NCBI GenBank assembly: GCA_044892525.1
Contig: CM097885.1
Location: 45,696,001 to 45,760,000 of the forward strand
Reading direction: 5' to 3'
From: Schmidtea polychroa
Taxonomy: Eukaryota
DNA: 64,000 bases
In this document: positions 1 through 13,900 of the stretch, piece by piece
Position numbering within the stretch: the stretch's first letter is position 1
How the letters are laid out: every line of letters starts with the position of its first letter
Notes under the pieces: generated by a model
Databases searched by the model: none
Seen by the model: only the letters and a program-made list of their open reading frames with translations
What the model was told of the DNA's origin: nothing
Made by a program: the position numbers and the translations under genes

Positions 1-116
1 ACAGTAGTACCATACCATGTCTGGACTTGTGACCAAACACTTTGCAACTGGCAGAAGAAACATCTTTGATGGCTCTTTCAACGGCTTGAGAATGACAGGG
101 AAATTGTTCTAATATT
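1..116 (-). pseudogene. Fragment of a DDE transposase C-terminal region (possibly hAT-like)
   Basis: Minus-strand translation ILEQFPCHSQAVERAIKDVSSASCKVFGHKSRHG resembles the PCHxQAVERxVK motif seen around the catalytic Glu of some eukaryotic DNA transposases. Truncated by the window edge; family uncertain. Confidence 0.45.
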
Positions 117-132
117 AATTTTTTCGGTTTAG

Positions 133-399
133 AAAATGACCCAATTATTGTTAATATTAGTGACGACGACGATGCTGATGACGTATTTGTTGGGCAAAGT
201 AATGCCGCTGTTTTGAATAAAACAAGTAAATTTATTTTATTTTATTTTATTTGGTTATAATTGTCGACTTGGAAGATGAATTTGATGAAATTGTTATCAC
301 TATGCAGGATGATGCCCCTATGCGGGATAAAATTGATGCCCATCTCGGGATGTCCTCTCTGAGGATGAATCCGATTCTGGTATAGAATCGAAATGTTAG
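133..399 (+). pseudogene. Degenerate homolog of the small spliced acidic-protein gene in the Polinton-like element
   Basis: TTTAG acceptor, then ENDPIIVNISDDDDADDVF..., a GTAAATTTATTT donor, and a C-terminus EDESDSGIESKC* matching DESEDDSDIESKC* at 46946 and about 48410. Contains a frameshift. Confidence 0.75.
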
Positions 400-469
400 T
401 TTTGTTACATTTATTTTCAATTATTATATTTTCTTAAAAACTTATTAATTTTTCAAAAAATAAAAATGC

Positions 470-600
470 GAATAATATTTTCAAATGTTCCTGGAATATT
501 ACGAAATGTTCCTGAAAAATTATGAAAAATTATGAAATATTATGAAATGTTCCTGAAATATTAAAAAATGTTTAAAATATTATAAATACTTATGAAATTA
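470..600 (+). repeat. Degenerate tandem repeat (ATTATGAAAATGTTCCTGAA-like) of the Polinton-like family
   Basis: Same unit as the array at 48485-48800 and in the same position, just downstream of the acidic gene. Confidence 0.8.
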
Positions 601-663
601 ATAAGTATTTAAGAAAATAATAGAAATTGACCAAAGTAGTTTAAAACTATAGTTATCTTTATA

Positions 664-674
664 TAATAATAATA

Positions 675-716
<42 letters not shown>

Positions 717-720
717 GTAA

Positions 721-779
<59 letters not shown>

Positions 780-852
780 TTGATAATAATATATTCCTTG
801 AAGTTTGCAGTCAGCATGCATCTGCACTATTTTAAATAATATTATTGATAAT

Positions 853-933
<81 letters not shown>
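664..933. repeat. (AAT)n microsatellites. Other tracts: 4096-4264, 4940-5098, 10700-10744, 10973-11136, 13840-13905, 24807-24872, 28842-28985, 39195-39438, 47735-48143, 56483-56632, 62181-62333; (ACTATT)n at 21245-21372
   Basis: Visible directly. These tracts generate the spurious poly-N/I/Y/L ORFs in the track. Confidence 0.97.
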
Positions 934-937
<4 letters not shown>

Positions 938-1439
938 CAATAAAATGATAATTTTAGCCTTTTGCTGCAAATAATGTATTTAATGAAAATATTTTCGACT
1001 ATATGTTAGTCTTTGTCAATCTCATGGAATTTAGCAATGTTCTTTCCCAAAATACCTTTCAATCTTTCTTTTTTTTCCTTTCTCACCATTCTCAATGGTT
1101 GTAAATATAATGAATTTTTTTATTAAAAACTTTTAAAATTTTGTTGAAAATTAAAATTAAAAATAATAAAATAAAATAAATACCATTTAAAATTCCAAAA
1201 TGACACAAACTAAAAATTTTTAAATTTTTTTATACAGCTTCTAGAAGCCAAATAAAATATTTCAAAATATTCTAAATAAAGGCTCCGATAACCACTTATA
1301 TATGCTATTTAAATATTTCAATAAATGTGTCAATTTTGATTTTCAATTCCTATTTTTTTAAATTTTTCTATATTATTCTAATTATTACTTTTTAATTTAT
1401 TATATTTTTTTAACTTCTTTATATATTGTCAGTTATTCT

Positions 1440-2105
1440 CAAGGTCAATGACAACAGATCAAATTCATGATTTCATTGATTTCTTCTTTAGTGTTGATCT
1501 TTGGCTGTCTGTTTATGATGAGAATTGCTTCTTTGAATCAGACATTTTTCTTTTATGTTTCCATTAGCTATGATTTCTATTGAAATTTTTTTCTTTCCTC
1601 TGTTGGCTGACACTGCCGGAGATGTCTGCTCAACGAGGATGTTCCACCAGGATCTAGTCGTTCTTTAACTCTTTGGTACAAGGTCCTGAGAGTACTTCCA
1701 ATGTAGATTTCATTGCATACATTGCACGTGATGCAATAAACGATGTTTTTTCTAAAGCACATATCTTTCGGTGTCTGGCAGTTTTTCATTGTGCAATTGT
1801 TTTCTCTATTTATGTTGCCTGCCAGAGCCCTTTTCAATGTCCAAGATTTATGTGCTATCCGAATTGGAAGACCGGTAGTTCAAGTTCTTTCAGGATCTTA
1901 AATTCGATTATGTCACTGATGAATGGGATATTCAGATAGAAATATTTCTGATTCTTTTGTGTTAATTCCCTAGATCTTCTTTGGGTAGAATTCATTCTTT
2001 CAATGTCCTCACCTTGGTATCCGTTTCGCTGTAGGATTTTATTGAAATTTGATTGTTCTTTAAAGTTTTCGTTTTTTTTCGTGCATCGACCTCATACATT
2101 GTCTA
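1440..2105 (-). mobile_element. Penelope-like element, 3' fragment with GIY-YIG endonuclease (pseudogene)
   Basis: KNIVYCITCNVCNEIYIGSTLRTLYQRVKE (GIY-YIG with CxxC) and downstream EAILIINRQPKINTKEE. Stops and frameshifts present. Confidence 0.85.
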
Positions 2106-2112
2106 TCCGAAG

Positions 2113-2330
2113 GTGAAAAAGGATTACTTTCACTAGGACCAAAGTTCAGTATAAACAGAGAAATAGATGAAGCAGCTATCCTCAATTTCAAAACAGCTCT
2201 TTGTCGCATTGCGTACCAGATCAAATGGAACAATACAATACCTCATGAAAATGAAAAAAGCGAAAACAAGTTCCCAGTACAGATAAACTCTATCGGTGCT
2301 TTGGTTTAGCGGTGCCCAATTCATCTACTT
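2113..2330 (+). mobile_element. Penelope-like element N-terminal fragment, inverted relative to the endonuclease fragment
   Basis: Plus-strand EKGLLSLGPKFSINREIDEAAILNFKTALCRIAYQIKW. LLSLGPKF resembles the conserved pre-RT motif of PLE ORFs. Confidence 0.6.
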
Positions 2331-2439
2331 ATATGCCATTTTAAAATAAAATAACCACGAGTGGGAGAAAAACACAGAATATTGATAAATACCGGAAATT
2401 CAATAATAGATGGAATTGAAATAGTCAAATTGAAATAGT

Positions 2440-3369
2440 CAATTTTATTAAAGGAAGATCACTAAACCATAGAGAGTTTATAAACATTTTGGAAGAACTG
2501 AAGTCAGAACACACTGATGTCAAGTTTCATACAAATATAAGATGGTAAAGTTGTGCCAATGTTTTGAATAGAGTTTGGGAACTACGAGTCGAATTTGAGT
2601 TGTTTTTAGAACTGAAACAAATGAAAGAAAACTTTCTCCAGTTCAAGGATGTTTAACTGGATTTCAGATATTTTATTTTCTGTTGACATTGTATTTTATT
2701 TGTTCAATTTCAATTTGAAATTGCAAGGAAAGAACAAATTTGTTCATGAAATGCATTATGAAGTAAAGGCATTTAAATCTAAATTATCGCTCTTTACTCG
2801 ACAAATGAAAAACATAAAACTTGTTCATTTTAAAATTATCCAACAAATTGAAGTTTCCAATGGGAATCTGGAAAAATGTTGTAGCAATTTGGAAGATTTG
2901 CATTTTGAATATTCTAGAAGATTTAATGACTTTTCATTAATAGAAAGATATTTCCAACTGTTAACTAATCCTTTCGACTTCATTGTCGATGAGGCTGCCC
3001 TTGAGCTGCAGCTGGAACTTATCGAACTTTCAACCAATTCTCAGCATTCATATTATTTCAAAACTGTTCCATTGATGAATTATATGCCTCTCTAAAAGAT
3101 GAGAAATATCCACAGCTAAAGCATTTCGCTAAAATGTTATTGATGCATTTTGGCTCTACTTATATTTTTCAATCATGAAGCATAATAAATCTAATTTAAG
3201 AAGTGTCATATCCGATGAAAACCTTGAAGCAGTATTTCCCCCTTATTCCTTAAACGGCTTTAAGCATTTATTAAAATAAAATTTAATTTTTTTTAGAATT
3301 GTGACATCAGAAAGAGATCATGATTACAATTTACTTACAGCTCAAATTCAATTACATCGTTCGCACTAA
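2440..3369 (+). mobile_element. hAT (Buster/Charlie, GTF2IRD2-like) transposase pseudogene, 3' half
   Basis: HREF...DVKFHTNIRW*S...VLNRVWELR, WISDILFSVDI, NLKLQGK, NPF...LQLELIEL, FGSTY, and C-terminal QLHRSH*. Multiple disablements. Confidence 0.85.
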
Positions 3370-3497
3370 ATGAAAAATTAAAATGTAAATTATAAGTAGT
3401 ATCATATTAATTAAAAGTATTACTTATAAGTATTATTTATAAATAATAAAGTGTTTTTATAGATAAAAAAACACAAACTATTAATTAATTAATTAAT

Positions 3498-4089
3498 TGG
3501 CTAATGGAAAGCCCGAGCTAATGGTAAGTCCGAGACACTGGAGAACCCAAGCGATGAAGAAAACCTAGCGCGGCAATTTGGATAAACAATCGGATAAACG
3601 AGGGTAAACAAAAGAAAGGGAATTACTAAAAGGGTTAACAGAAATAACTAAAGAAGTCAAAACCAATTAGGTCAAAAACGGAGCAATTACAACGATTATG
3701 AGAGTATATAAGGAAACTCCAAATTCAGATAATCAGCAGTAGCCTCAGCTAGGGAAGAAGAAACCGACAATAGGAATTTGAGCAAGAAAGTCAAGAACTC
3801 AAATAGGAATTATTAGAGGAAATGAAGAGTTAGAAAAATGAGTATTAAAAGAGTTCGGATCAAAGAGCGGAATATCAAATAAAAAGGTGAAACTTATTTT
3901 TAAATCGCTCAAGGTCGAGACTTTCCAGAGCGAAGTTAGATAAGGAATTGTGAACAAAATCGTGGTTAACTAAAAGTTGTTATCATTTTTTGGGAATTGT
4001 AAATTTGCTATAAACAAATATACATTGGGAGTTTTGTTTATCAATTATGGGAGTCAGAGTAACCAACGGTCGACTTTTTAGTTTCATAA
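3498..4089 (+). mobile_element. Possible solo LTR
   Basis: About 590 bp, purine-rich and more GC-rich than the flanks, with a TATATAAGG box near 3705 and an end of ...GTTTCATAA. No TG..CA ends or TSD confirmed. Confidence 0.35.
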
Positions 4090-4094
4090 AATCC

Positions 4095-4265
<171 letters not shown>

Positions 4266-4939
4266 TGTGCTGGATGTTATTTTTTTTGTTTGCAGTAAAT
4301 AGATTTTAGGTAGCAGTCGTAAATTTGTATTCTCGGAAATAAAGTAACATCAAATTGTGAAAATGTGTTTTATTATATTTTTGTTTAACTGTTAAACTGC
4401 CTGAGTACGAAAGGATTAATATTAACAATATGATATTCACATGTCCTGATAAATCACATCAGGTGGAATGTGATAAATAATTGATGAATAAATGCCCTCA
4501 TTCAGGAAAGTTGAATCAAGGTTCATTGCTATAATTATAAAAAGTACATATAATGAAAAAAACTAAGAAGAATTCGAATAATAAAATCAATAAAAAGTTA
4601 AATAAACAAATAAGAAAAAAATATGTAACTACCCTGGAAATAAATCTAAAGCGAAAAATAAAAAAAACAATTGGAAAATTTTTGGGCGAGTCAAAGAAAG
4701 AATGCGGTTATGCGAATTTGTTATGCCCCCTTCAAATCAGATTGGTTCATATTATTATTTACTAATTTAATAAATATTGTTCAAGCTTTATCCTGTCATA
4801 ATCATATCATATAATAAAATATTAACTTACTCCCAAGCACCTCAGCAGTCCCAATACAGACTTTAGAGGTGATTCTGCTGGGTCCAACAAATTTCTCTTA
4901 TACAACAACAATTATAATGCAACAATTATAGTACGTAAC

Positions 4940-5099
<160 letters not shown>

Positions 5100-5919
5100 T
5101 TAAAATACACTTGAATCATTGTACAATTTTCTGTTCTAAATCATTATATACAGTAATTTATGATAATAGATACAGCCGGAATAATATTAAGAAAAAATGT
5201 TTAAATATATTTACTATATTTATCATAGAGCTGTAACTTTGGCAAGCCAATTAAATCTTAAATTAAGAGAAATGAAGCGAAATATTTTTGACATAAGTCT
5301 GATATCATATTATTTATTTTAGAATAAAAGTTCAATTTAAATTTATTTATTTTCTTCCTATTTTAACCAAATGTAAAATTTTAAATATTTTCAATAAAAA
5401 AAAGAAGCTCACATTTTTGACAAATTTAAATATAAATAATTAAAATTAAAATGTTTGAATAGAAGTAATAAAACAAAATCCATAGTAAAATATGTTTCCC
5501 AGTTTACTTTGTACGATGCAACTATTATTTATCGTTTCTTTTGTTTCTGTTTTAAATCGAAAATAATACTAAAAAATTTACTATTATAAAAAATGTAGCT
5601 GGAAAGTCCTAATATAATTCGATTCTGGTCTTGGGGATCAAGTAATAATGTCAAACAATATACTAAAACTTTTAATAGTACTAAAATTAAAAAATAAATT
5701 GAAAATATATCTAAATAAAAAATTTATTGAAATCACTGATTACTACTTTTTCCAGTTTTAATATACTTGAAAATAATCAAAAATAATTAAATAATTAAAT
5801 AATAAATAATTAAATATAAAAATTAATTAAATACTTGAAAATAGTTTAAAAATATGTTGAAAGGTTAGAATTATTATTTTCTTTGAGAAGATTTCTAAGA
5901 ACGAAACACAAATAAAATA

Positions 5920-6428
5920 GGATCCAAATAGAAGGCCGACGTGGACAAAAAGCCGACATGAACAAAAGCAAACAAAAAGATAATTTAATTCATATATTAT
6001 AATTTAAAAGTTTTTTTTGTAAAGAATAAGCATAATTTTAAATTGTTTCAATAATACTTATTTATAATTATAAATTATTATAAATTTGTCTGTATAAGAC
6101 AACGAAATAAACGCCATACCAAGAACTCACAACAAAGTAAAGGGTTGGCACAGAAGATGGCAAATATTGGTAGGAAAAATTCATCCTACATAATGTTTTT
6201 AAGAGGAATAGCGTATAATATAAGTTTTTAGATTTTTATTGTAGAAATATTTGTCTGCATCTTTTTCTTTAAGTAAATGATGTTATTTTAATTGTTTATT
6301 TATCATATAAAATTATAAAATTGATTTGTCGGCCTTTAACTCTTTTGGTCATTTAGCATATCGGCCATTTGTCTTTCGGCTATTTGTCCTCGTCGGCCTT
6401 TTGGTTTTCGGCCTTTTGTCGTAGACCC
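5920..6428. mobile_element. Non-autonomous DNA transposon remnant with inverted subterminal repeats
   Basis: GACAAAAGCCGA/AAGGCCGA units on the left and TCGGCCTTTTGTC units on the right, ending GTAGACCC. Confidence 0.55.
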
Positions 6429-7898
6429 ATATTTAATATAGAAAATGGATAATGAATAAAATAATTTTATAATTATTATAAATTCAAATTCTAGTGCTAA
6501 TAACTTTAGAAATTACTACGCTACAATTTATTTTTTCGCAATTTAAAGCGTTACATAAAACATTTATTTAAATTCTTTTTGAAAAAGTTAGAAAAATATA
6601 TGAAATGACAGAATGCATAAAAAATCGTATTCCTATTTATGTAAGGTTGAAAATCAATGCGACCGGCTTAGCGTTCTGAACAGATATTTTCCAATCACAG
6701 CTGAATCGTTGAGAGACAAAAATCTAATGAAAATATTAAATAAATTTAAAAAAATGATTTTTCGGATTCAATAATTTTTTTTAATTTAAACTTACTGTTC
6801 ACGAATTTCTATCTCACTTGTCAACGACTGTTTTAGAAGTATAATTTGAAACTTAAATGAAATATTAATAACAATATTTATCATGGTAATAATTATATTA
6901 TAATTTTAATGAATATGATAATTTTAATATTTGTTTAAAAACTGCTTTATAATTTTTAGTCATTTTCAGCTTTGGCAAAGATTCCTTCTGCTAAAAATGA
7001 TGTTATGTAAATATAATTTCTATTCAAAAAGCGTATTTTATTATTTTTATTCACTCTGAAAAGAAATTCTCTAAATATCTTTTCAAATCCTTTGCAATAT
7101 GGGAAATGCATAAGAATTTCTTTCCGTTGTGATATTCGAAATTCGTGTTTTATTTTCTTTTCTTATTTTACACTTAAAACAATCTTTGGTTTTATTTTCC
7201 TTTTCATTAACCTAACAACAAAAAGATCATTCTTTTTTATTTCTAAAAAAATTATCTCAGGTTCAAAAATCTTTTAGTTTTCTTTAATTTCTAATATTTA
7301 AAATAGTCAATTTAAAATTTAATTGTGAGTGAAATATTTACGAAAAATATATTCAACAATTAGTATAAAAAGCATTTATCAAGAAAAATATTTTCACGAA
7401 AAAATATATTTTTTATCAATTACATTATTTTTTATTATCGGCAGTCGATTATTTTCACTTTGTTACAGTTTTTGATGGATTGTTTTAAAGTTTTGTCCAT
7501 TACTTTTGTAAGACTATAGAGCATTTCTGATGTGTAATTCACATATATTTGCTTTATATTTCGAACAATTCTTGCATATAAATTTTCAGGTAATTTTTTG
7601 GATTAAACAGACAAGGCAGACTATATATATTATGAAAATACACTTAAAAATTATTAAAGAAACTTTAAAGCATATATTAAACCAAGAAAAATTACATATA
7701 TATTTGTGCGTATATTTCATTTGTTATTAATTTTCGAATTTTGTATTATTTATAATTTTACCATCCTCTTTTTTTTATTATTATAGTCTATAATTTATAG
7801 ATACCTTTTTAAAGCAACTAATTTATTTCCTTTAAAAAGTTTAGGAATTAAAATTTTTTTCATTCAAAATAAATAAATAAATTATAAATACAATTCAT

Positions 7899-8004
7899 TA
7901 TAAGAACTTTATTTTTCAATTTCACCACTGATTTTTTTATATATCAAAATTAAATTCAATATATTAAAAACATCGATATATTTACTGATTTATAGTCTTC
8001 ATGC
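7899..8004. repeat. Foldback MITE-like family. Other copies near 13409-13537, 14063-14123, 17545-17735, 31330-31566, 41344-41445
   Basis: Shared TATAAGAAC..TTTCACCACTGA and AAAACATCGATATATTTACTGATT motifs. Copies at 17545 and 31395 are self-complementary. Confidence 0.75.
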
Positions 8005-9575
8005 TCATTTTAAAAAATATAATTTAATTTAAATACGACAAATTTGCTTTTCACATTAAAACATAAAATGATTATAATTGTAAAATACCTACAAGAAATA
8101 AATTGAGATAAAAATAAAAAAATAATTTTTATAAATATATTTATAAAATGCAATATTGATCACGTTTATTTTGTTTGTTTTCGTGTTCGTCTGGATAGAG
8201 AACATATTATCCTGGAAATCTTTAGAATTACCTTTAATGCCAGTTATGATTTTTCGATATTTAATTTAATAAATAAAATAAAATAGAAAATGCTTTTTTC
8301 ATTGTGTTAATTAACCATTTAAAGTTAGAGAATTATGTAATCCTAATTGATAGTTTTTGATCATATATTTTTAACTGAATTAGAAAAATCAATTATTCCA
8401 AAATTTGTTTGGATTCAATAAATCGCCGATGAATTTATCGAGTTGTATAATAATTCTAAATGATATTAATCCTACAGAATACTCACTAGTTCATGCATGA
8501 ATTTCAGACTTGGATAATATTATTTATTCTTTCATGGCTAATGTAGATAAAAATCCATATTGAAAAACATCATTTGTATATAGAAATTAATTATTTTATA
8601 AATTATTTACCATAAAGCTTACTAAATCTTATCACGCATGTGTGCGCGTTGTGGTTAAAATGGTTCTTTTCGTGTATGCGTTCGCACTCAGACGCGGACA
8701 AAAGTTTTTATTCTCGATAGGAAAATGGAATTTATCGAAATTGATTGGAATTTTGGAGTCTTTGATATTAGGTTTTTGTTTAAATATTTGGAAAATTTCA
8801 ACTGATGTTTATTTTAAATTTGACGATAAAGATGAAAAGATCGAATACTGAAAAGAAATATCACTGAGTTAATGGAATAAAAAGAGAGCAAGTTGTATAA
8901 TTCTAATGGTTCTGAAGAAACAGATAGTTTTTTTTAGTGGAGAAGGATAAAATTTAATAATACTCTCAATAACACTTAAAGAATGGGACTTGTCACTACT
9001 TTTTGATAATGACGTCGGTGATGTTGAGGAATCTGATTCGACTCCATTTTTCATAAAATCTATTGAAAGATTCAAATTGCCTTTCTATAAAGTTATTAAA
9101 TTAGTTGTTCAATGTTCAATGGATAAAATAGAAGAAATCTACTTTATTTTCCATAACATTTATCATTCAGGCTTTGTAAAAATCCTAAATTCTGTAATAA
9201 TATTACATTTTTATAATTTACAATTTATGCTTTCTTGATGCGGTATTAGGCATTGTAGGTCCAGCAATATCTGAAAACCTATGAAACTTATAACTAAATT
9301 GATTATAAATAAATCTTACAATATTCTCATTTCACCTTCACGAAATGGAAGGAATTTTACATGTCTGACATGTTAAGGAAATATTAAATTTATTTTAACT
9401 TTAAAGAAGGTCTGACAATGATATCCCGACGTTTTCTGGGAAACCCAATTTATTATGAATGATGGGGTTTCAGTTTTTGACCAATCGTTAAATTTAAAAA
9501 AATCATTTTCTTGAAAAGTATATAATATCACTTCTAGTTGGCTTAACATAATATGTCATGTCTTTTTAGAGCACC

Positions 9576-10672
9576 TGCCCACCTTTTTCTAAAGTGGAGA
9601 AGTTGCTACTTACACGCGATCCGAAAACACATTATGTTCTCCATTGGCGACTTTATCTTTCTACAGTTAAGTGTTGTTGTTACCAAGGTACATGGGGCTG
9701 TTAAGTACACACAAAGCACGGTCTTCAAGAAATACATAGATACTAACCCACAACTACGAGCTGCATCCACAAAACATCTAAATAAAGACTATTACAAGTT
9801 GCTCAATAACAGTTTGTACGGAAAAACTGTTGAGAACTTGAAAAAACGCATCAACTTACGACTGTGCAATTCCGCACAAAACCTTATCACAATACCTGAA
9901 ACCGGTGAATAAGAAATCTACTAGGATAGACGATGATTTATTTCGGTTTTGCTTAGGAAAGAGTCTGTATGTTTAGATAGGCCCAGCTACATCAGTCAAA
10001 TTGTATTGGATCTGTCTAAACTGAGAATGTATCAGATGCAGTATAATGAATTGCAAAAATATCCCGAGGAGTTTAACTGCCAAATTAATATAGTAACTAG
10101 TGATACAGACTCTTTCTTTTTGGAAATTAAACATTGTAGTTTTGACATTCTATTACCTGCCATGATTCGTGACTCCTTGGTTGACACATCTAATTACAAC
10201 CCACAACATCCATTATATAGCAGAGAGCTCAATTCAGTCATTGGAAAATTCAAAGACAGGAATAAAGGATTGAGAGATAAGGAGTGGGTGTTTCTTCTTC
10301 CCAAGTGTTTCAGTTTATTAGGTGACAAAGAAACTCCTAAAGCAAAATCTGTCATATTGAAAGACACTGGCTTAAATCACAATTATTATCGCGATTGTTA
10401 TTTTAACAATAAGGTTTACTCAGTGCCACAAGTCCGCATTGCATCCAATAACCATAAATTGTACAGCATAAAGGAAAATAAGAGGGCGCTGACAAATAGA
10501 GATGACAAGTGGTATTGGAAATCGAAAAACAAGAGTTTGGCATATGGGTATTATCGGGTAGGGACACTTTTATATATGATGATGATGATGACGACATAGA
10601 AAATCAATTTTTTGATGATCCATATTTTCCAAACACTAGCATCCAAGATCATAATTATAGAATACTAATATA
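9576..10672 (+). pseudogene. Diverged Polinton/Maverick protein-primed DNA polymerase B, C-terminal fragment
   Basis: CPPFSKVEKLLLT...YVLHWRL, motif B KLLNNSLYGK, LDLSKLRMY, motif C SDTDSFF, VIGKFKD, DDKW...SLAYG. Colinear with 51970-53100 but clearly diverged and frameshifted. Confidence 0.93.
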
Positions 10673-10701
10673 ATTTGTGATTTTTTGGTAATTATTATTA
10701 A

Positions 10702-10745
<44 letters not shown>

Positions 10746-10971
10746 GTCGTTAATTAATCAAAGTTTGAAATAAAAAGACAATCCAAGATTGTAATAAAAG
10801 ATTATCCAAAATCCAAAATTGTAAAAAAAAATCCATCAATCCCAAATTGTAAAAAGGCAATACAAATTTGTAAAAATGTAAAAAAAAGACAATCCAACAA
10901 TGTAATAAAACTTCTGTGATAATTTGAATATATTTTTTATATTTAAATAGTTTTCATATAGTTTTAAATTT

Positions 10972-11138
<167 letters not shown>

Positions 11139-11139
11139 T

Positions 11140-11442
11140 AGCAACACGTTTATAGTGAGCCTAATTACCATTACTGATAGGGTGACAAAATATCTTGTCG
11201 GATAAACTCTGACTATATATAATAAAACTATATATAATAACTCCCGCGCGCGCGCGCGTAAATTTGAATTACCTTTTGTAAAAAACCTTTTAAAATTTGA
11301 AGAATTTTAAAATTAGTCATCGATGAGTCACCCCGATCAATTATCAAATATAAAAAAAATTCTAAGGTGTATGTGTTTTTTCATATACATCCCTTAAATG
11401 TCTTTGTTTAACGATGAAACATGGAGCACACTTCCTTCTACT
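11140..11442 (+). mobile_element. Terminal region of the older Polinton-like copy
   Basis: GACAAAATATCTTGTCGGATAAACTCTGACTATATAT matches 53500-53540. The region ends CTTCCTTCTACT at 11442, a similar distance from that motif as the CATCTACTACT end at 53767. Confidence 0.7.
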
Positions 11443-11648
11443 ATGTATGAATTGTTGTTGTTAAATTAAATAACTATTAAATTATTAAATTGGATAATTT
11501 TAAATTTCAATATTTTAAAATTAATTTTGTTATTTGCTAAAATTTAAAACATGATTTATTATTTAAATTATAATTTTTATAAATTTTAAAGAATAAAATA
11601 TCTTTTATTAAAAAAATGATTTCTATAATTTTTATAGTTATTCTATCC

Positions 11649-11687
11649 TACCTGATGATGACAGGAAAACTGTCGAAATATATCGTA
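11649..11687 (+). ncRNA. Minimal type I hammerhead ribozyme-like motif (PLE-associated), probably degenerate
   Basis: CTGATGA-T-GACAG(GAAAA)CTGTC-GAAA-TATA-TC, with a palindromic stem III (ATATAT) and only a short stem I. Confidence 0.55.
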
Positions 11688-12479
11688 AAACGAATGTTTG
11701 AGTGGCGCTTTCTTAAAATTAAATCGTTGCCATGTGATAATTACTGTTTAATATAAAAAGCAAATGTAAAATTGATTCCAAAATATTAGTCCCATGAAAA
11801 TTTTTGAAGATTTTTTGAATGGTGATCAAATTATATCTTTAGGAATTTCTTAAAAACAGTTTTGTTTTAATTTTCATATATAAGTCAAAAATTAAATTAA
11901 ATAAAACTTATAAAAATTAAGAGAGCATCCTCGCATAATAATACTTCTTAAAGCTTCTTCAGTACAATATTTATTAAATGACTTTTATTTAAACATGTCT
12001 TAAAATATATGTGTAAATATTTAAATTTTATCATAATTATATTATATTTATAAATTAATTGTATTTACTAAATTACATATCAAATTTTCAATATTGTTCT
12101 TTTATTACAAGAATAGAAGAATTTAAAAACCAGTGTCAAAGATTATACTATCTATTAAAAATATTCAAGGATAATCTAGAAAAAAAGGAAATAAGGACAA
12201 TTTTGTTTTAATAAATTGATTTATCATCTCAATATACCGATGGAATCGTCATATAAAGAAATGCTCAATTTAATGTTAATTAACACTGCGTGCGTCATCT
12301 TATCCCTTTTTATAGTGACACCACGTTGTATATTATTTTTAATTTTTATATACTACTTATTTTGTTTAATTAGATTTTATTATTTTTAAATGTAATAAAT
12401 TATCATTCATATTTCAGTGATTTCTCAATTTTGCAATTATAGAAAATAGCAATTTTGCTGAGCAATATTAACGGATGAT

Positions 12480-12840
12480 TGCTCAACATCTCATAATGAC
12501 GCATTCGAGACCTAACAACAGGGGCAAAACTGTCATCGACTCTATGATGCCCCATTCTCATTTTCAATCAACATTAAACCGTGATCAAAACACAAAATTA
12601 TTTTTGGAAAAAAATATCCCATTGCCTATTTTCGTGTTTAACTGAAAAAACTCATCACCATAATTTCAGATGCCGTCGTTAGAAATTGTGGCTCGCTGTG
12701 CCAGTGCCGAAGCATAATTAAATTTGTTAAATAGCGAGTAATAAAACGTCTATTTAGATCAGAATAATTTGCTTGATCAGAAAATATGAATGTTTCATCA
12801 TAATAAGACCATTTAAACAAATAATTGATAATCGTCAATT
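12480..12840 (-). pseudogene. Highly degenerate Tc1/mariner-superfamily transposase remnant
   Basis: FIFSDQAN...LRHW resembles IxFSDEAxF...NxRxW. The match is weak. Confidence 0.3.
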
Positions 12841-13850
12841 ATTTTTATGTCGAATGTTTAGTGGATATCTTTGAATTAATTCGATTTATATTTCAGTTTC
12901 AACTCTTATTTGTATGATAGGATTTTCGTTATAAATGACAGTAAATTTAAATAATTACCATAAATATTAAATGCCAATTTCTTTTTACAGAATTGAGTAT
13001 AAAATAGCTGAAATTGAGAAATTGAAAATCATGAAAAATATTTATTGTACTAAAATAAGTACTCGATATAAAACGCCTGTATTACGGCCCCGAAAAATGA
13101 CTAAATACGCTAAAATGCTCATTGAGCAAATTTTTAATTATTCTATTTTAATTTAAATTTGTTCATTTTAAAACCATTTGATGTACCAAATCTAGTTACC
13201 GTTATTATGAGTATTAGATAAAAATATATGTCAATTAAAACATTTCTCAACCATAAATTAGAGACAAAACTAACGAATACTGTTATGATAAATGCCAGTA
13301 GAATGTTGTGAGAAATAACACAAAAGGGAAAATTCCATTCACCACCGAAAACATACTCCTCCAATGACGGTCGGAAATCTTATTGGTGGATTTCAGATAT
13401 ATAGAAAAGTCGCCGAAAATTTGTGAATATCAATAAAAACATTGATATATTTACTGATTATTAGTCAAGCTTTTTAATAAATACAATGTAAATGGAAAAG
13501 AAATCAGTGGTGAAATTTGAAATAAAGTTCTTATAATATATAGTTCATTTGATTCACAACAATCTCTACGGATCTGATTTCATTACCATATAAACACACA
13601 CCAAAGTCATATTTCTGCCCTGTATAATTCCATACATAAACAATAAACCCTAAAGCCCTGTTAAACCCATAAATTCATACAAGTACTCGTGATGGGATAG
13701 TCAAATCGCCAGGAACTCACGGTTCAAAGGGTTAAATTGGCCATTGAACATCGAATACTATTTATTTCATTAGTTATCTACATTTTATCAAAATGTAACT
13801 GTTGTTTTAAGCCCATTGTCAATTTAATATTCTAGTTGTATTATTATTAC

Positions 13851-13900
<50 letters not shown>

